Shown here one piece after another: positions 44,126-54,512 of a stretch of 64,000 bases of DNA. The notes beneath the pieces are model-generated. The model ran no database searches. It was not told where the DNA came from and saw nothing but the letters and a program-made list of their open reading frames with translations. The first letter of the stretch is position 1; every line of letters starts with the position of its first letter. Made by a program: the position numbers and the translations under genes. Source of the DNA: Erysipelotrichaceae bacterium (GTDB taxonomy: Bacteria; Bacillota_I; Bacilli_A; Erysipelotrichales; Erysipelotrichaceae); assembly GCA_029101345.1 (NCBI GenBank), contig JAQXQU010000013.1, positions 5,918-69,917 of the forward strand, in the 5' to 3' direction.

Positions 44126-44845
44126 ATGAACAGAAATACATTAATTGCTTATTCCTTGAAACATCAAGGAGAATACTTCAAAATGCTCCAGGATATCAGA
44201 AATCTGACACCGATTGAAGATGTGTATCTTCCAGGTTGTCTGACGATTCTTGATGATGATTATCCCAAGGAGCTTTTTCATTTGCATTATCCACCTCTTG
44301 TCCTTTATTATGTGGGCAATCTGTCCTTGCTCAAAAAATCGAAGATTAGCATTGTCGGTTCAAGAAAACCATGTGATTATGCTATTGCTGCTACAAGGAA
44401 TCTGGCAAGAAGGTATCAGGATGAGGTTATTGTTTCAGGACTGGCCAAAGGCATTGATGCCATTGCACATCTAAACAGTCAGAAGACTATTGGCATATTG
44501 GGCTGTGGCATTAGGCGCTATTATCCTTATGCCAATAAGGAATTGATTGATGAGGTCAAAAAGAAGGGGCTTCTCTTATCGGAATATCCTGGCATGGCTC
44601 TGCCTCTTTCCTTTCATTTTCCTTTTCGCAATAGAATCATCGCAGCCTTGGCGGAGCGGATTTATGTCATGCAGGCATCAGTCAAAAGCGGAACGATGAC
44701 AACGGTCAAGGAAGCATTGGAACTTGGCAAGGATATCAGGGTTTTGCCCTTTCAGCTTGATGATCAAAGAGGGGAAGGAAACACTATTCTGCTATCTGAA
44801 GGGGCAATGGTCATTGACAGAGATGAAATTGCTTTTTTAAATTAA
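44126..44845 (+). CDS. dprA: DNA-processing protein DprA (short, Rossmann core only)
   Basis: IVGSRKPCDY and GLAKGIDAIAH motifs. dprA-topA synteny. Confidence 0.85.
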   Translation: MNRNTLIAYSLKHQGEYFKMLQDIRNLTPIEDVYLPGCLTILDDDYPKELFHLHYPPLVLYYVGNLSLLKKSKISIVGSRKPCDYAIAATRNLARRYQDEVIVSGLAKGIDAIAHLNSQKTIGILGCGIRRYYPYANKELIDEVKKKGLLLSEYPGMALPLSFHFPFRNRIIAALAERIYVMQASVKSGTMTTVKEALELGKDIRVLPFQLDDQRGEGNTILLSEGAMVIDRDEIAFLN

Positions 44846-44887
44846 ATATGATTAGATATTTTCTGTATTTAAGAAGGAGTGCTTTTT

Positions 44888-47011
44888 ATGAGTAATCTTG
44901 TCATAGTGGAATCGCCATCCAAATCAAAGACAATTGAAAAGTACCTTGGTTCTGATTATCGTGTTGTATCATCAAAAGGCCATATCAGAGATTTAGCAAC
45001 TAAGGGCAAAGGCGGATTGGGTGTTGATATTGAAAATGGCTTTAAGCCTACCTATGAAATTAGCAAAGATAAGAAACAAACAGTCACTGAACTGAAGAAA
45101 TATGCCAAGAAGGCAGATTATGTCTATCTGGCAACTGACCCGGACCGTGAAGGAGAAGCCATTTCCTGGCACTTGGCTGATGTCTTAGGACTTGATGTCA
45201 CCAAGGAAAACCGTATCGTCTTCAATGAAATTACCAAGACAGCCGTTCTCAATGCACTTAAGAATCCTCGTAGCATTGATATGGATCTTGTCAAATCCCA
45301 GGAAACAAGAAGAATACTTGACCGTATCATTGGCTTCAAGCTTTCAAAGCTCATGCAATACAAGCTCAAAGCCAAGTCAGCTGGCCGTGTCCAATCGGTT
45401 GCAGTAGCAATGATCTGTGACCGGGAAAAGGAAATCAATGATTTTGTACCAAAAGAATATTGGACAATTGATGCCGATCTATGCAAGGATGAGAAGAAAA
45501 TCACTGCTTCTCTTGCCAAAATAGGTGGTAAGAAAGCCAATATCAGCAATATCAATGAAGCTGATGATATCATAGCCAAGCTATACAGGAGTTTCCTTTT
45601 ATCAAAGAAAACTGAAACCAATAAGAAACGAAATTCCAACCTTCCTTTCATAACCTCAACAATGCAACAGGAAGCATCATCAAAGCTAGGTTTTTCTTCC
45701 AAAAAGACCATGACCATTGCCCAGGGCCTTTATGAAGGTGTTGAACTTCAGAGTGGGTCCCAGGGTCTTATCACTTATATGCGTACCGATTCAACCAGAT
45801 TATCCAATGAATTTGTTGCGGCAGCGATGGATCTGATTGAAAACAGCTATGGCAAGGAATACAAGGGTTTCTATCGCATCAAGAATGATGACAATTCCCA
45901 GGATGCTCATGAAGCAATCCGTCCAACATCACTGGCAAACTCACCAGAAGTGGTAAAACCGTATCTTACAAATGACCAATACAAGCTCTATAAGCTGATC
46001 TATGCCCGAGCTTTGGCCTCACTTATGGCACCGGCTGTCAATCGTTCCGTCAGCTACGAATTCACAAATTGTGATTATCTGTTTACATGCAGTGGCACAA
46101 GGCAGATCTTCGATGGTTTTCTCAAGGTCTATGGTGCATATGACAGCAGCAAGGATGTGATACTTCCTGATTTTAATGAAGGCGATGTCCTTGAACTCAT
46201 GCAGGCAGTAAAGAATCAGCATTTTACTGAAGGTCCATCCCGTTATACGGAAGCCAAGCTGATCAAGTCTTTGGAAGAAGAAGGCGTTGGCCGTCCATCA
46301 ACCTATGCCAGCATTATCGATACGATTATCAAAAGAGGCTATGTTGAATATCGCAAGGAGGAGAATGGCAAGACCAAGTATTTCTTCCCAACCGAACAGG
46401 GCATTCTTGCCGACGGCAAGCTCAGGGAATATTTCTCTGAAATCATCAATGTCAAATATACAGCGGAGATGGAAAAGGAACTTGATCAGATAGCAAGTGG
46501 TGATTTGGACTCAGTTACCTCACTTCAGCATTTTGATGAGAAATTTGAACCTTTGTATGATACGGCAATGGCCAAGATGGAAAAGGCCAAACCTATTGAA
46601 ACTGGCAAGCCTTGTCCAAAGTGTGGCAAACCTCTGGTTTTCAGAAAAGGCAAATATGGTGAATTCATCGGCTGTTCAGGCTATCCAGACTGTGATTACA
46701 TTTCAAATGAAAATGAAAATGCTGGTGATAAAAAGGATTTGGGCAATTGTCCTGAGTGTGGCAAGCCATTGGTTGAAAAAAGAGGCCATTACGGTCCGTT
46801 TATTGCATGTTCAGGCTATCCTGATTGCAAATACATCGCCAAGAAGGAAAAGGAAAAACCTGAACATATTGGCAGACAATGTCCGAAATGCGGAAGTGAA
46901 CTATTGAAGCGCAAGAGCCGTTATGGCACTTACTTCATCAGCTGTTCAGCTTATCCAAAATGCAAATATACCGAATCAATCAAGAAGGCAGATAAAGACA
47001 ATGAGAGTTAG
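44888..47011 (+). CDS. topA: DNA topoisomerase I
   Basis: Toprim N-terminus MSNLVIVESPSKSKTIEKYLG. Three C-terminal CxxC...C zinc ribbons. Start re-set behind RBS AAGGAG. Confidence 0.97.
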   Translation: MSNLVIVESPSKSKTIEKYLGSDYRVVSSKGHIRDLATKGKGGLGVDIENGFKPTYEISKDKKQTVTELKKYAKKADYVYLATDPDREGEAISWHLADVLGLDVTKENRIVFNEITKTAVLNALKNPRSIDMDLVKSQETRRILDRIIGFKLSKLMQYKLKAKSAGRVQSVAVAMICDREKEINDFVPKEYWTIDADLCKDEKKITASLAKIGGKKANISNINEADDIIAKLYRSFLLSKKTETNKKRNSNLPFITSTMQQEASSKLGFSSKKTMTIAQGLYEGVELQSGSQGLITYMRTDSTRLSNEFVAAAMDLIENSYGKEYKGFYRIKNDDNSQDAHEAIRPTSLANSPEVVKPYLTNDQYKLYKLIYARALASLMAPAVNRSVSYEFTNCDYLFTCSGTRQIFDGFLKVYGAYDSSKDVILPDFNEGDVLELMQAVKNQHFTEGPSRYTEAKLIKSLEEEGVGRPSTYASIIDTIIKRGYVEYRKEENGKTKYFFPTEQGILADGKLREYFSEIINVKYTAEMEKELDQIASGDLDSVTSLQHFDEKFEPLYDTAMAKMEKAKPIETGKPCPKCGKPLVFRKGKYGEFIGCSGYPDCDYISNENENAGDKKDLGNCPECGKPLVEKRGHYGPFIACSGYPDCKYIAKKEKEKPEHIGRQCPKCGSELLKRKSRYGTYFISCSAYPKCKYTESIKKADKDNES

Positions 47012-48308
47012 AGTTATTGGCGCTGGCTTAGCTGGAGCCGAAGCTGCATATCAGCTGGCGAATAGAGGCTTTTCTGTTGATCTTTATGAACAAAAAGGCA
47101 TCAAGAGGCACGAAGCTTTCAAGAGCGATCTTTTTGGTGAACTATTGTGTTCAAATTCCTTAAGAAGCAATGATCCCTATAGTGCAGTTGGCTTATTGAA
47201 AGAGGAAATGCGTATGCTTGATTCCCTTATTATGGAAGCAGCAGAAACAAACAAGGTCGAAGCAGGAAAATCACTGGCTGTTGATCGTGAACTATTTGCC
47301 CAATATATTACCGATAAGATCAGAAAGCATCCGAATATCAATATCATCAATGAAGAATTCACAACCATTGATGAAAGGATACCAACAATCATTGCGGCTG
47401 GTCCTTTATGTGAAGGCCCATTATCCAGCGAATTGCAAAGGCTTTGTGCCAAAGAATACCTTTATTTCTACGATGCTGTTTCCCCTATAGTGGAAAAGGA
47501 CAGCATTGACTTTTCAAGTGCCTACTACAAGTCACGCTATGATGAGGAATCAGTTGGTGATTACATCAATTGCCCAATGAACAGACAGGAATTTGATGAG
47601 TTCTATCGGGCTGTACTATCAGCTGAGAAGATCAAAGTCAAGGAGATGGATTCCGAGGTCTATTTTGAAGGTTGCATGCCTTTTGAAGAGATGGCACGAA
47701 GAGGTTATAAGACCTTGCTGTTTGGCCCAATGAAACCTGTTGGTTTAGAACACGATGGCATCAAGCCTTACGCTGTAGTCCAGCTTCGCAAGGATAATGT
47801 CTCTGATACTTTATATAACATAGTTGGTTTCCAGACACATTTGACTTTCCCGGAACAGAAAAGGGTATTATCGCTTGTACCGGCCCTTAAAAATGTCTCA
47901 ATCGTCCGCTATGGCGTGATGCACAGGAATACCTACATCAATTCTCCACGTGTTCTCAACGATCATTATCAGATGATCAATTATCCAAAAATATTCATTG
48001 CTGGACAGATCAGTGGAGTCGAAGGCTATGTTGAATCAGCCGCTAGTGGACTCTATGCCGCCTTGTCAATGGCCCAATATCTTAATTCTTCGGATATTGA
48101 AAAACTGGGTCCTGATACCATGATAGGGGCAATGGCTAGTTATATCTCGGATGAGCATATTGAGAAGCTTGTTCCAATGAACGCAAACTTTGGCATCTTC
48201 AAGTTGGAATATGCAGGTGATCGCAAGAAAAAGAAAATCTTCTTTGTCGAACATGCATTAGCTAGGATAAAAGAGTATAAGGAGAAACTTGCTTGCAAAG
48301 GACTTTAG
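47001..48308 (+). CDS. trmFO: methylenetetrahydrofolate--tRNA-(uracil54-C5)-methyltransferase
   Basis: MRVRVIGAGLAGAEAAYQLA FAD motif. Position matches the topA-trmFO-xerC order. The track start at 46923 lies inside topA. Confidence 0.93.
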   Translation: MRVRVIGAGLAGAEAAYQLANRGFSVDLYEQKGIKRHEAFKSDLFGELLCSNSLRSNDPYSAVGLLKEEMRMLDSLIMEAAETNKVEAGKSLAVDRELFAQYITDKIRKHPNINIINEEFTTIDERIPTIIAAGPLCEGPLSSELQRLCAKEYLYFYDAVSPIVEKDSIDFSSAYYKSRYDEESVGDYINCPMNRQEFDEFYRAVLSAEKIKVKEMDSEVYFEGCMPFEEMARRGYKTLLFGPMKPVGLEHDGIKPYAVVQLRKDNVSDTLYNIVGFQTHLTFPEQKRVLSLVPALKNVSIVRYGVMHRNTYINSPRVLNDHYQMINYPKIFIAGQISGVEGYVESAASGLYAALSMAQYLNSSDIEKLGPDTMIGAMASYISDEHIEKLVPMNANFGIFKLEYAGDRKKKKIFFVEHALARIKEYKEKLACKGL

Positions 48309-49228
48309 AGGAATTCCTCTTGTATATTGATGCCAAAAGAAGCGGTTCTTCTCTTACTAAAGAAGCCTATCGCCGTGATGTTTCCCGTTTTATTGGCTTC
48401 TTGGAGGAAGAAGAAGTTGAATCATTTATGGAAGTCAACCGAGAGATGGTCTATCGCTATCTGAACTTGCTAAGATCAGGCAAGATAACAAGAGGCAAAA
48501 TTTCAAATGCAACCTTCTCAAGGAATCTCTCAGCCTTGAGGAGCTTTTATCGTTATCTTTGTGAAATGGGTCTTGCTGATAAGAATCCTTTTGCTGAATT
48601 CAAGGGCAACAAGAAGCCTAAGCATTTGCCAGATATCTTAAGCTTTGATGAAATAGTGGCTATCCTGAACTCCTTTGACATGAATGATCCCACTGATGTC
48701 AGAGACCGCACAATAGTGGAGACTCTTTATGCCTGTGGGTTAAGAATCTCCGAATGCTTGAATATCCAGCTGTCAGATTTTGATTTTGATAACTGTGTCC
48801 TCAAAGTCAAAGGCAAAGGCAACAAGGAACGTCAGATTCCTTTTTATCCAGCTCTAGCCGAAAGCATTGACAACTATATCAAGGTCTACCGCAATAATGA
48901 AGCTAAAAGCGATTGTCCATATCTCTTTGTCTCCAACCGTGGCAGGAAGATATCTGCTCGTCTTGTTCAACTGATGCTGCAAAAGGCCAAGGATCAGGCG
49001 GGCATCAAAATTGATGTTCATCCGCATATGTTCAGGCATTCTTTTGCGACCCATCTTCTGGATAACGGCATGGATTTAAGGTCAGTCCAGGAACTCCTTG
49101 GACATGCCAATCTCTCCACAACTCAAATCTATACGCATGTTAGCGTAGAACGTCTGCAAAAGACCATCAGGGAGGCACACCCTTATTCAGGAGCTGATTA
49201 TGGAAAAGACAAGAAAACTGTGGACTAA
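48293..49228 (+). CDS. xerC: tyrosine recombinase XerC (CodV-like)
   Basis: R...HxxR...Y catalytic set (HMFRHSFATHLL, LGHANLSTTQIYTHV). TTG start 8 nt after AAGGAG. Confidence 0.9.
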   Translation: MQRTLEEFLLYIDAKRSGSSLTKEAYRRDVSRFIGFLEEEEVESFMEVNREMVYRYLNLLRSGKITRGKISNATFSRNLSALRSFYRYLCEMGLADKNPFAEFKGNKKPKHLPDILSFDEIVAILNSFDMNDPTDVRDRTIVETLYACGLRISECLNIQLSDFDFDNCVLKVKGKGNKERQIPFYPALAESIDNYIKVYRNNEAKSDCPYLFVSNRGRKISARLVQLMLQKAKDQAGIKIDVHPHMFRHSFATHLLDNGMDLRSVQELLGHANLSTTQIYTHVSVERLQKTIREAHPYSGADYGKDKKTVD

Positions 49229-51176
49229 GGAATTTCTTTCGCTGTTTCTATCATTGCTGTTGCTGGAAATCATTTTCAAACTGGTATATTTTAGACAGAT
49301 TGAATTTCTTTCTTTTATAAGAATCATTCTTTTTGTGCTTTGCCTGTCATTTGTTCTTTCCTTTTTGCTGTCGTATTGCAAAAAAGAAAGAACAGCTTTT
49401 ATTGCCGGCTTTCTTATTGTCCTTGTCTTCGCTGCTTATGGTTTTGTAGAACTGGAGTTCAAGCATTTTCTCCACAATTTCTATTCCTTTTCTTCTGTTG
49501 GTGATGGAGCGCTTCGCATCAAGCAGTATGTCTTCTATTTCCTCAAGGATGCCTTGCCATCCTATTACCTCTGTTTTCTTTCGATTCCGGTCTATATATC
49601 TGTTTTCCTTTTGTTTGGCCGCAAAACCCAAAATGAGGGCAAAGGAAACCGTTTGCCTATATTGCTGGCACTTGTCTGTTATCTTGGCTGCTTTTCGTTG
49701 CTTTCAATCAAGCAGGCCAACATCGATCTGCTAGCAACCTATCTGCAGTTCAGCAATCCGGAAATCCTGATTGACAATACAGGCATACTCCATTATTTCT
49801 TCCGTGATCTTAGCGCTATCTTCATCAAGGCTGATGATTCCTTTGAAGCAGCTGAAGAAGAATTGATTGAGGAAGCTAAGGAGGAAACTGAATTGACTGA
49901 AGAAAAGCCAGTCCGCCAGTTTGACGATAGTGAATGGATCATGGCAATGGAAAAAGAAGAAAGCAGTACCATCAAGAACATTGATTCCTATCTGCTATCA
50001 AGAAACATTGGCGATTATAATCAGAGGTCAGGTGAATTCAAAGACTATAATCTGATCTATTTTCTGGTTGAATCATTTGACTATTTGGCTATTGATGAAG
50101 AATTGACACCAACCCTGTACAGAATGTATAAGGAGGGCTATTCCTTTAGTGATCACTACACCCCGAAGTATTCATGCACTACTGGCGAATCAGAATTCAT
50201 CGCTCTGACATCGCTTGTTCCCTACAATGATGTCTGTACACCTAATGGTGTTCTAGACAAGGACTTCAATGAAGCATTGCCATACCTATTCAAAAGGGCG
50301 GGCTACGATACATTTTCATTCCACAATTGGAATGACCAGTTCTATAACCGTTCCTTGCTCCATCAAAAAATGGGCTTTGATGCCTACTATGACATCGATG
50401 ATCTTGATATCAAGCTTGTAAATGGCTGGCAATCTGACACCAGATTGGTTGAGGAGGCTTTTGAATACTTCAAAGATTCTGACCGCTTTTTCAGCTTCAT
50501 CATAACTTCGGTCATGCATTGGCCTTATGATGAATCTTCATATTATGGTGATCTTCATTTAAAGACCATCAATGAAGTGCATCCTGAATACCCAAGCGAC
50601 ATCAAACGCTATTTATCCAAGTCCATGGAATTTGATCACAGTCTGGAAAGGCTGCTCGAACTGTTGGAAGAAAGCGGCAAATCAGATAATACCATCATCT
50701 GCCTTTTCTCTGATCATCATCCTTTCAAGCTGTCAACCGATTCCATTGTCAGGTATTCTTCCAATACCATTGATCGGAATGAACCTCTGGGAACTGATAA
50801 GACGCCTTTTATCATCTACAACCCAAAGCTGACACCAACTTCTTTTGCTGAATGCAATTCCACCTTTGATCAGGTTCCAACACTAGCCAACCTTTTTGGA
50901 CTTGATTATGATCCGCGTTTATATGTGGGTTCTGACATTTTTGATGGCAATACAGTTGCCATTTATCCTAATGGCAGCTGGATTGTAGAAGAAGGTTATT
51001 ACTCATTGGGAAACAATTCCTTTACTCCTTGGAATGATGAAACATTAAGTGAAGAAGAGATCAAGACCATAAATGCCAAGGTTCAGAATCTGATCAATGT
51101 CTCCCATAGCATCATGTCTACCAACTATTTTGCCAAAAGGCCATTACTGGCTAATCCCAACCTTCAAAATAAATGA
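49200..51176 (+). CDS. ltaS: LTA synthase family protein (membrane-anchored sulfatase-fold)
   Basis: About 5 N-terminal TM segments plus an extracellular sulfatase domain (YFLVESFDY, FSDHHP). 658 aa. RBS AGGAG. Confidence 0.8.
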   Translation: MEKTRKLWTKEFLSLFLSLLLLEIIFKLVYFRQIEFLSFIRIILFVLCLSFVLSFLLSYCKKERTAFIAGFLIVLVFAAYGFVELEFKHFLHNFYSFSSVGDGALRIKQYVFYFLKDALPSYYLCFLSIPVYISVFLLFGRKTQNEGKGNRLPILLALVCYLGCFSLLSIKQANIDLLATYLQFSNPEILIDNTGILHYFFRDLSAIFIKADDSFEAAEEELIEEAKEETELTEEKPVRQFDDSEWIMAMEKEESSTIKNIDSYLLSRNIGDYNQRSGEFKDYNLIYFLVESFDYLAIDEELTPTLYRMYKEGYSFSDHYTPKYSCTTGESEFIALTSLVPYNDVCTPNGVLDKDFNEALPYLFKRAGYDTFSFHNWNDQFYNRSLLHQKMGFDAYYDIDDLDIKLVNGWQSDTRLVEEAFEYFKDSDRFFSFIITSVMHWPYDESSYYGDLHLKTINEVHPEYPSDIKRYLSKSMEFDHSLERLLELLEESGKSDNTIICLFSDHHPFKLSTDSIVRYSSNTIDRNEPLGTDKTPFIIYNPKLTPTSFAECNSTFDQVPTLANLFGLDYDPRLYVGSDIFDGNTVAIYPNGSWIVEEGYYSLGNNSFTPWNDETLSEEEIKTINAKVQNLINVSHSIMSTNYFAKRPLLANPNLQNK

Positions 51177-51331
51177 ATAATATTGGCATATTTCCTTGTT
51201 TTCCATTCGATTATTCTGCTATAATTATTTCGCATTTATGCATATACACACATTGTGGATTCACTGTTCCGTGCCAATTGGTTAGCAGTGTTTGAAACAA
51301 TGGAGGAGAAACGGAAAGAGAGGAAATTTAA

Positions 51332-52264
51332 ATGCAATTAGTTTCAATGCGCAAACTTCTTGAGAATGGTGTTCATTTCGGTCACCAGACAAGAAGATGG
51401 GATCCAAAGTGCAAACCAATGATCTACACTGCCAAGAATGGCATCTACATCATCAATCTTGAAAAGACAGAAGAATATCTGGCTGCTGCTTATGACAAGA
51501 TGAAGGAAATTGCTGAAGCTGGCGGTAAGGTTCTATTTGTTGGTACAAAGAAGCAGGCTCAGCAGATTGTTCTTGATGAAGCTACAAGATCTGGCAGCTT
51601 CTACATCAACCAGAGATGGTTAGGCGGTACTTTAACTAACTTCAGAACTATCCAGAAGAGAATCAAGAGATTGCTGGAAATCCAGGAAATGGAAGCATCT
51701 GGAACAATTGAAGTCTATACAAAGAAGGAACAGGCTTTGATCCGCAAGGAAGCAGTCAAGCTTGAAAACTTCCTTGGTGGTATCAAGGAAATGAAGAAAC
51801 TTCCTGATGCTATCGTTGTTGTCGATCCAAGTGAAGATCATAATGCAGTTCTTGAAGCAAAGAAGCTTAATATTCCTGTATTCGGTTTAGTTGATACAAA
51901 CTGCAATCCTAACTTTGTTGACTATCCAATTCCTGCAAATGATGATGCAATCAAGTCAATCAAGCTGATGATGTCATTATTGGCTGATGCTATTGTTGAA
52001 ACAAAGGGTGGCTTACTGCAGGATGCTTATCAGGAAGGTGAAATCACTGAAGATATCACTATGAAGGATGTCATCATCAATGTTGAAAAGCATGCTGAAG
52101 AACAGGAAAAGAGAAGAAGACAGAGAAACGAAGAAAGAAACAGAAACAATCGCCAGAGAAAGCCATTCAACTCTGAAAAGCGTTTCATCAACAAAAAAGA
52201 AAACAATGCAGAAGAAGCAAAGGCTGCTAAGCCAGCTGAAGCTCCTGCAGTAAAGGAGGCTTAA
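51332..52264 (+). CDS. rpsB: 30S ribosomal protein S2 with a charged C-terminal extension
   Basis: LLENGVHFGHQTRRWDPK is canonical. 310 aa, with a tail rich in K, R, E, N and A. Confidence 0.96.
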   Translation: MQLVSMRKLLENGVHFGHQTRRWDPKCKPMIYTAKNGIYIINLEKTEEYLAAAYDKMKEIAEAGGKVLFVGTKKQAQQIVLDEATRSGSFYINQRWLGGTLTNFRTIQKRIKRLLEIQEMEASGTIEVYTKKEQALIRKEAVKLENFLGGIKEMKKLPDAIVVVDPSEDHNAVLEAKKLNIPVFGLVDTNCNPNFVDYPIPANDDAIKSIKLMMSLLADAIVETKGGLLQDAYQEGEITEDITMKDVIINVEKHAEEQEKRRRQRNEERNRNNRQRKPFNSEKRFINKKENNAEEAKAAKPAEAPAVKEA

Positions 52265-52266
52265 TC

Positions 52267-53148
52267 ATGGCTGTTACTGCTGCTCAGGTAAAAGAATTAA
52301 GAGAAAAGACTGGCGCTGGCATGCTGGATTGCAAAAATGCATTATCAGCTACTGACGGCGATATGGAAAAAGCCATTGACTGGTTAAGAGAAAAGGGCAT
52401 TGCCAAGTCTGTCAAGAAAGCTGGCAGAATTGCTGCTGAAGGCTTGACTAAGATTGTTGTTGATGGCAACAAGGCTTGTGTTATTGAAGTAAACTCAGAA
52501 ACTGACTTCGTTGCTAAGAATGCTCAGTTCCTTGCACTTCTTGAAACTGCTGCCAAGACTATTCTGGCTGCTAATCCTGCAACAGTTGAAGATGCATTGG
52601 CTTTAGCTGTCAATGGTGGTACTTTGAATGATGAATTCATCAATGCCACAGCTACAATTGGTGAAAAGATTGTCTTAAGACGTTTCGCCGTAATTGAAAA
52701 GGCTGATGATGAATCATTTGGTATTTATAGCCACATGGGCGGTGTCAAGTCTGTTGTTGCAGTCTGCAAGGGCAGCGAAGAAGTTGCAAAGCATGTTGCA
52801 ATGCAGGTTTGTTCTATGACTCCAACATATATTTCAAGAGACTATATGCCTGCTGAAATCGTTGAAAGAGAAACCAAGGTTCAGACTGAGATTGTCAATG
52901 CTGATCCTAAGTTTGCTGGCAAACCTGAAAAGGTCATTGCTGGTGCTATTCAGGGCAAGGTTACCAAGGCTCTTAAGGATATGTGTCTAGTTGATCAGGA
53001 ATACATTCTTGATGGTTCAATGACTGTCGGCCAGTACTTGAAGAATGAAGGCGCTTCTGTTGTTTCCTTCACTCGTTACTTTGTTGGCGAAGGCATTGAA
53101 AAGCGTGTCGAAAACTTTGCGGAAGAAGTCGCAAAGCAAATGGCTTAA
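52267..53148 (+). CDS. tsf: translation elongation factor Ts
   Basis: VKELREKTGAGMLDCKNAL is canonical. Confidence 0.97.
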   Translation: MAVTAAQVKELREKTGAGMLDCKNALSATDGDMEKAIDWLREKGIAKSVKKAGRIAAEGLTKIVVDGNKACVIEVNSETDFVAKNAQFLALLETAAKTILAANPATVEDALALAVNGGTLNDEFINATATIGEKIVLRRFAVIEKADDESFGIYSHMGGVKSVVAVCKGSEEVAKHVAMQVCSMTPTYISRDYMPAEIVERETKVQTEIVNADPKFAGKPEKVIAGAIQGKVTKALKDMCLVDQEYILDGSMTVGQYLKNEGASVVSFTRYFVGEGIEKRVENFAEEVAKQMA

Positions 53149-53158
53149 GCATTTAGTC

Positions 53159-53184
53159 AAAGGACAGCAATGTCCTTTTTCTTT
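53159..53184 (+). terminator. terminator after tsf
   Basis: AAAGGACA-GCAA-TGTCCTTT hairpin followed by T residues. Confidence 0.75.
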
Positions 53185-53231
53185 ATGCCAATTAATGTAT
53201 AATATTTATAGTTTGCAAAAGGAGAAACACA

Positions 53232-53936
53232 ATGTATTCAAAAGTGTTATTGAAACTTAGTGGTGAAGCTTTGGGATCAAAAGACAATGTCTTCAGCTTT
53301 GAAACTATGGAAAATGCTGTTATGGAAATCAAGGAGCTTGTTGATAACAATGTCCAGGTTGGCATTGTTGTCGGCGGTGGCAACATGGTAAGAGGCAAGA
53401 CTCTTTCCAAGATTGGTTTTGACCGTTGCGAAGCGGATCATATGGGTATGTTGGCAACAGTTCTCAATGCCATGGCTTTATCAGCCTGCCTACGTAAGAA
53501 TGGCGTTAAAGCCATTGCCATGTCCGCTCTTGATGTCGAAGGGGTTGAAAAAGCTGATGTCAAGAAAGCAAGGGAGCTCTTAAATGAAGGCTATGTCATT
53601 GTCTTTGGTGGTGGTATTGGCAACCCATATTTCTCAACTGATACTACTGTTGCCCTAAGAGCTATTGAAATGGGAGCAGAAGTAATTCTGATGGCAAAAA
53701 ATGGCGTTGATGGTGTCTATGATTCTGATCCTGATAATAACCCAAATGCCAAGCGCTTTGATGAATTAAGCTTTGATGATATACTAAACATGAACTTAAA
53801 GGTTATGGATATGACGGCCGCTTCCCTGTGTCGAGACAATGGCATTGATGCCTTGGTCTTTGATATGGGTGTTAAGGGCAATATCCTTAAAGCAGCCAAA
53901 TCTGAAGCAGTATGCACTGTTGTCAAAAGCCATTGA
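53232..53936 (+). CDS. pyrH: UMP kinase
   Basis: VLLKLSGEALG and GGGN motifs. Extended -10 TGTATAAT at 53196-203. Confidence 0.96.
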   Translation: MYSKVLLKLSGEALGSKDNVFSFETMENAVMEIKELVDNNVQVGIVVGGGNMVRGKTLSKIGFDRCEADHMGMLATVLNAMALSACLRKNGVKAIAMSALDVEGVEKADVKKARELLNEGYVIVFGGGIGNPYFSTDTTVALRAIEMGAEVILMAKNGVDGVYDSDPDNNPNAKRFDELSFDDILNMNLKVMDMTAASLCRDNGIDALVFDMGVKGNILKAAKSEAVCTVVKSH

Positions 53937-53960
53937 TCTTTAATCAAGAAGGAGAATAAT

Positions 53961-54512
53961 ATGGACATTGAATTATTGATGATTGAAGTTGAAGAAAGAA
54001 TGGAAAAAACCATTTCAACACTTGAAAATAACCTTTTGAAGGTAAGGACTGGCCGTGCCAATCCAAAGATGCTTGATATCATCGAAGCTGATTATTATGG
54101 CTCACCTACTCCAATCAACCAAATGGCTTCCATCACCGTTCAGGAAGGACGTACATTGGTTATCAAGCCTTATGATTTATCAGCATTAAAGGAAATTGAA
54201 AAGGCAATCAACAAGTCTGAACTTGGTCTTCCGCCAATGAATGACGGCAAAGTCATTCGTGTCAGTGTTCCTGCACTAACTGAGGAAACACGCCGTGGAT
54301 ATTGCAAGGATGCAGAAAAGATGGGTGAAGAAGCAAAGGTTTCAATCAGAAACATAAGAAGAGATGCTAATGATGATGTCAAGAAGGATAAGACAATCCC
54401 TGAAGATATTTCAAAGTCAACATTGGAAGACATCCAGGATCTGACCGATAAGTTTGTCGATAGGATTGAGGAGATCGTCAAAGCAAAAGAAAAAGAAATC
54501 ATGACAATCTAA
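53961..54512 (+). CDS. frr: ribosome recycling factor
   Basis: 183 aa with RTGRANPKMLD and IRNIRRDANDD motifs. Confidence 0.96.
   Translation: MDIELLMIEVEERMEKTISTLENNLLKVRTGRANPKMLDIIEADYYGSPTPINQMASITVQEGRTLVIKPYDLSALKEIEKAINKSELGLPPMNDGKVIRVSVPALTEETRRGYCKDAEKMGEEAKVSIRNIRRDANDDVKKDKTIPEDISKSTLEDIQDLTDKFVDRIEEIVKAKEKEIMTI

Noticed and set aside
45124-45717. 197-aa ORF on the minus strand
   Set aside because: It is entirely antisense to the well-supported topA CDS, Ser/Leu-rich, and has no RBS. This is typical of a stop-poor antisense frame. The same reasoning applies to 10052-10528, 14943-15341, 21726-22196, 30902-31324, 34123-34539, 56201-56542 and the other short minus-strand track ORFs inside genes.
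51232-51331. Structured leader upstream of rpsB (CACTG...CAGTG stem enclosing the palindrome CCAATTGG)
   Set aside because: The stem is only 5 bp with a 21-nt loop, and I do not recognise a known S2 leader motif for Firmicutes. The evidence is too weak to call as a feature.
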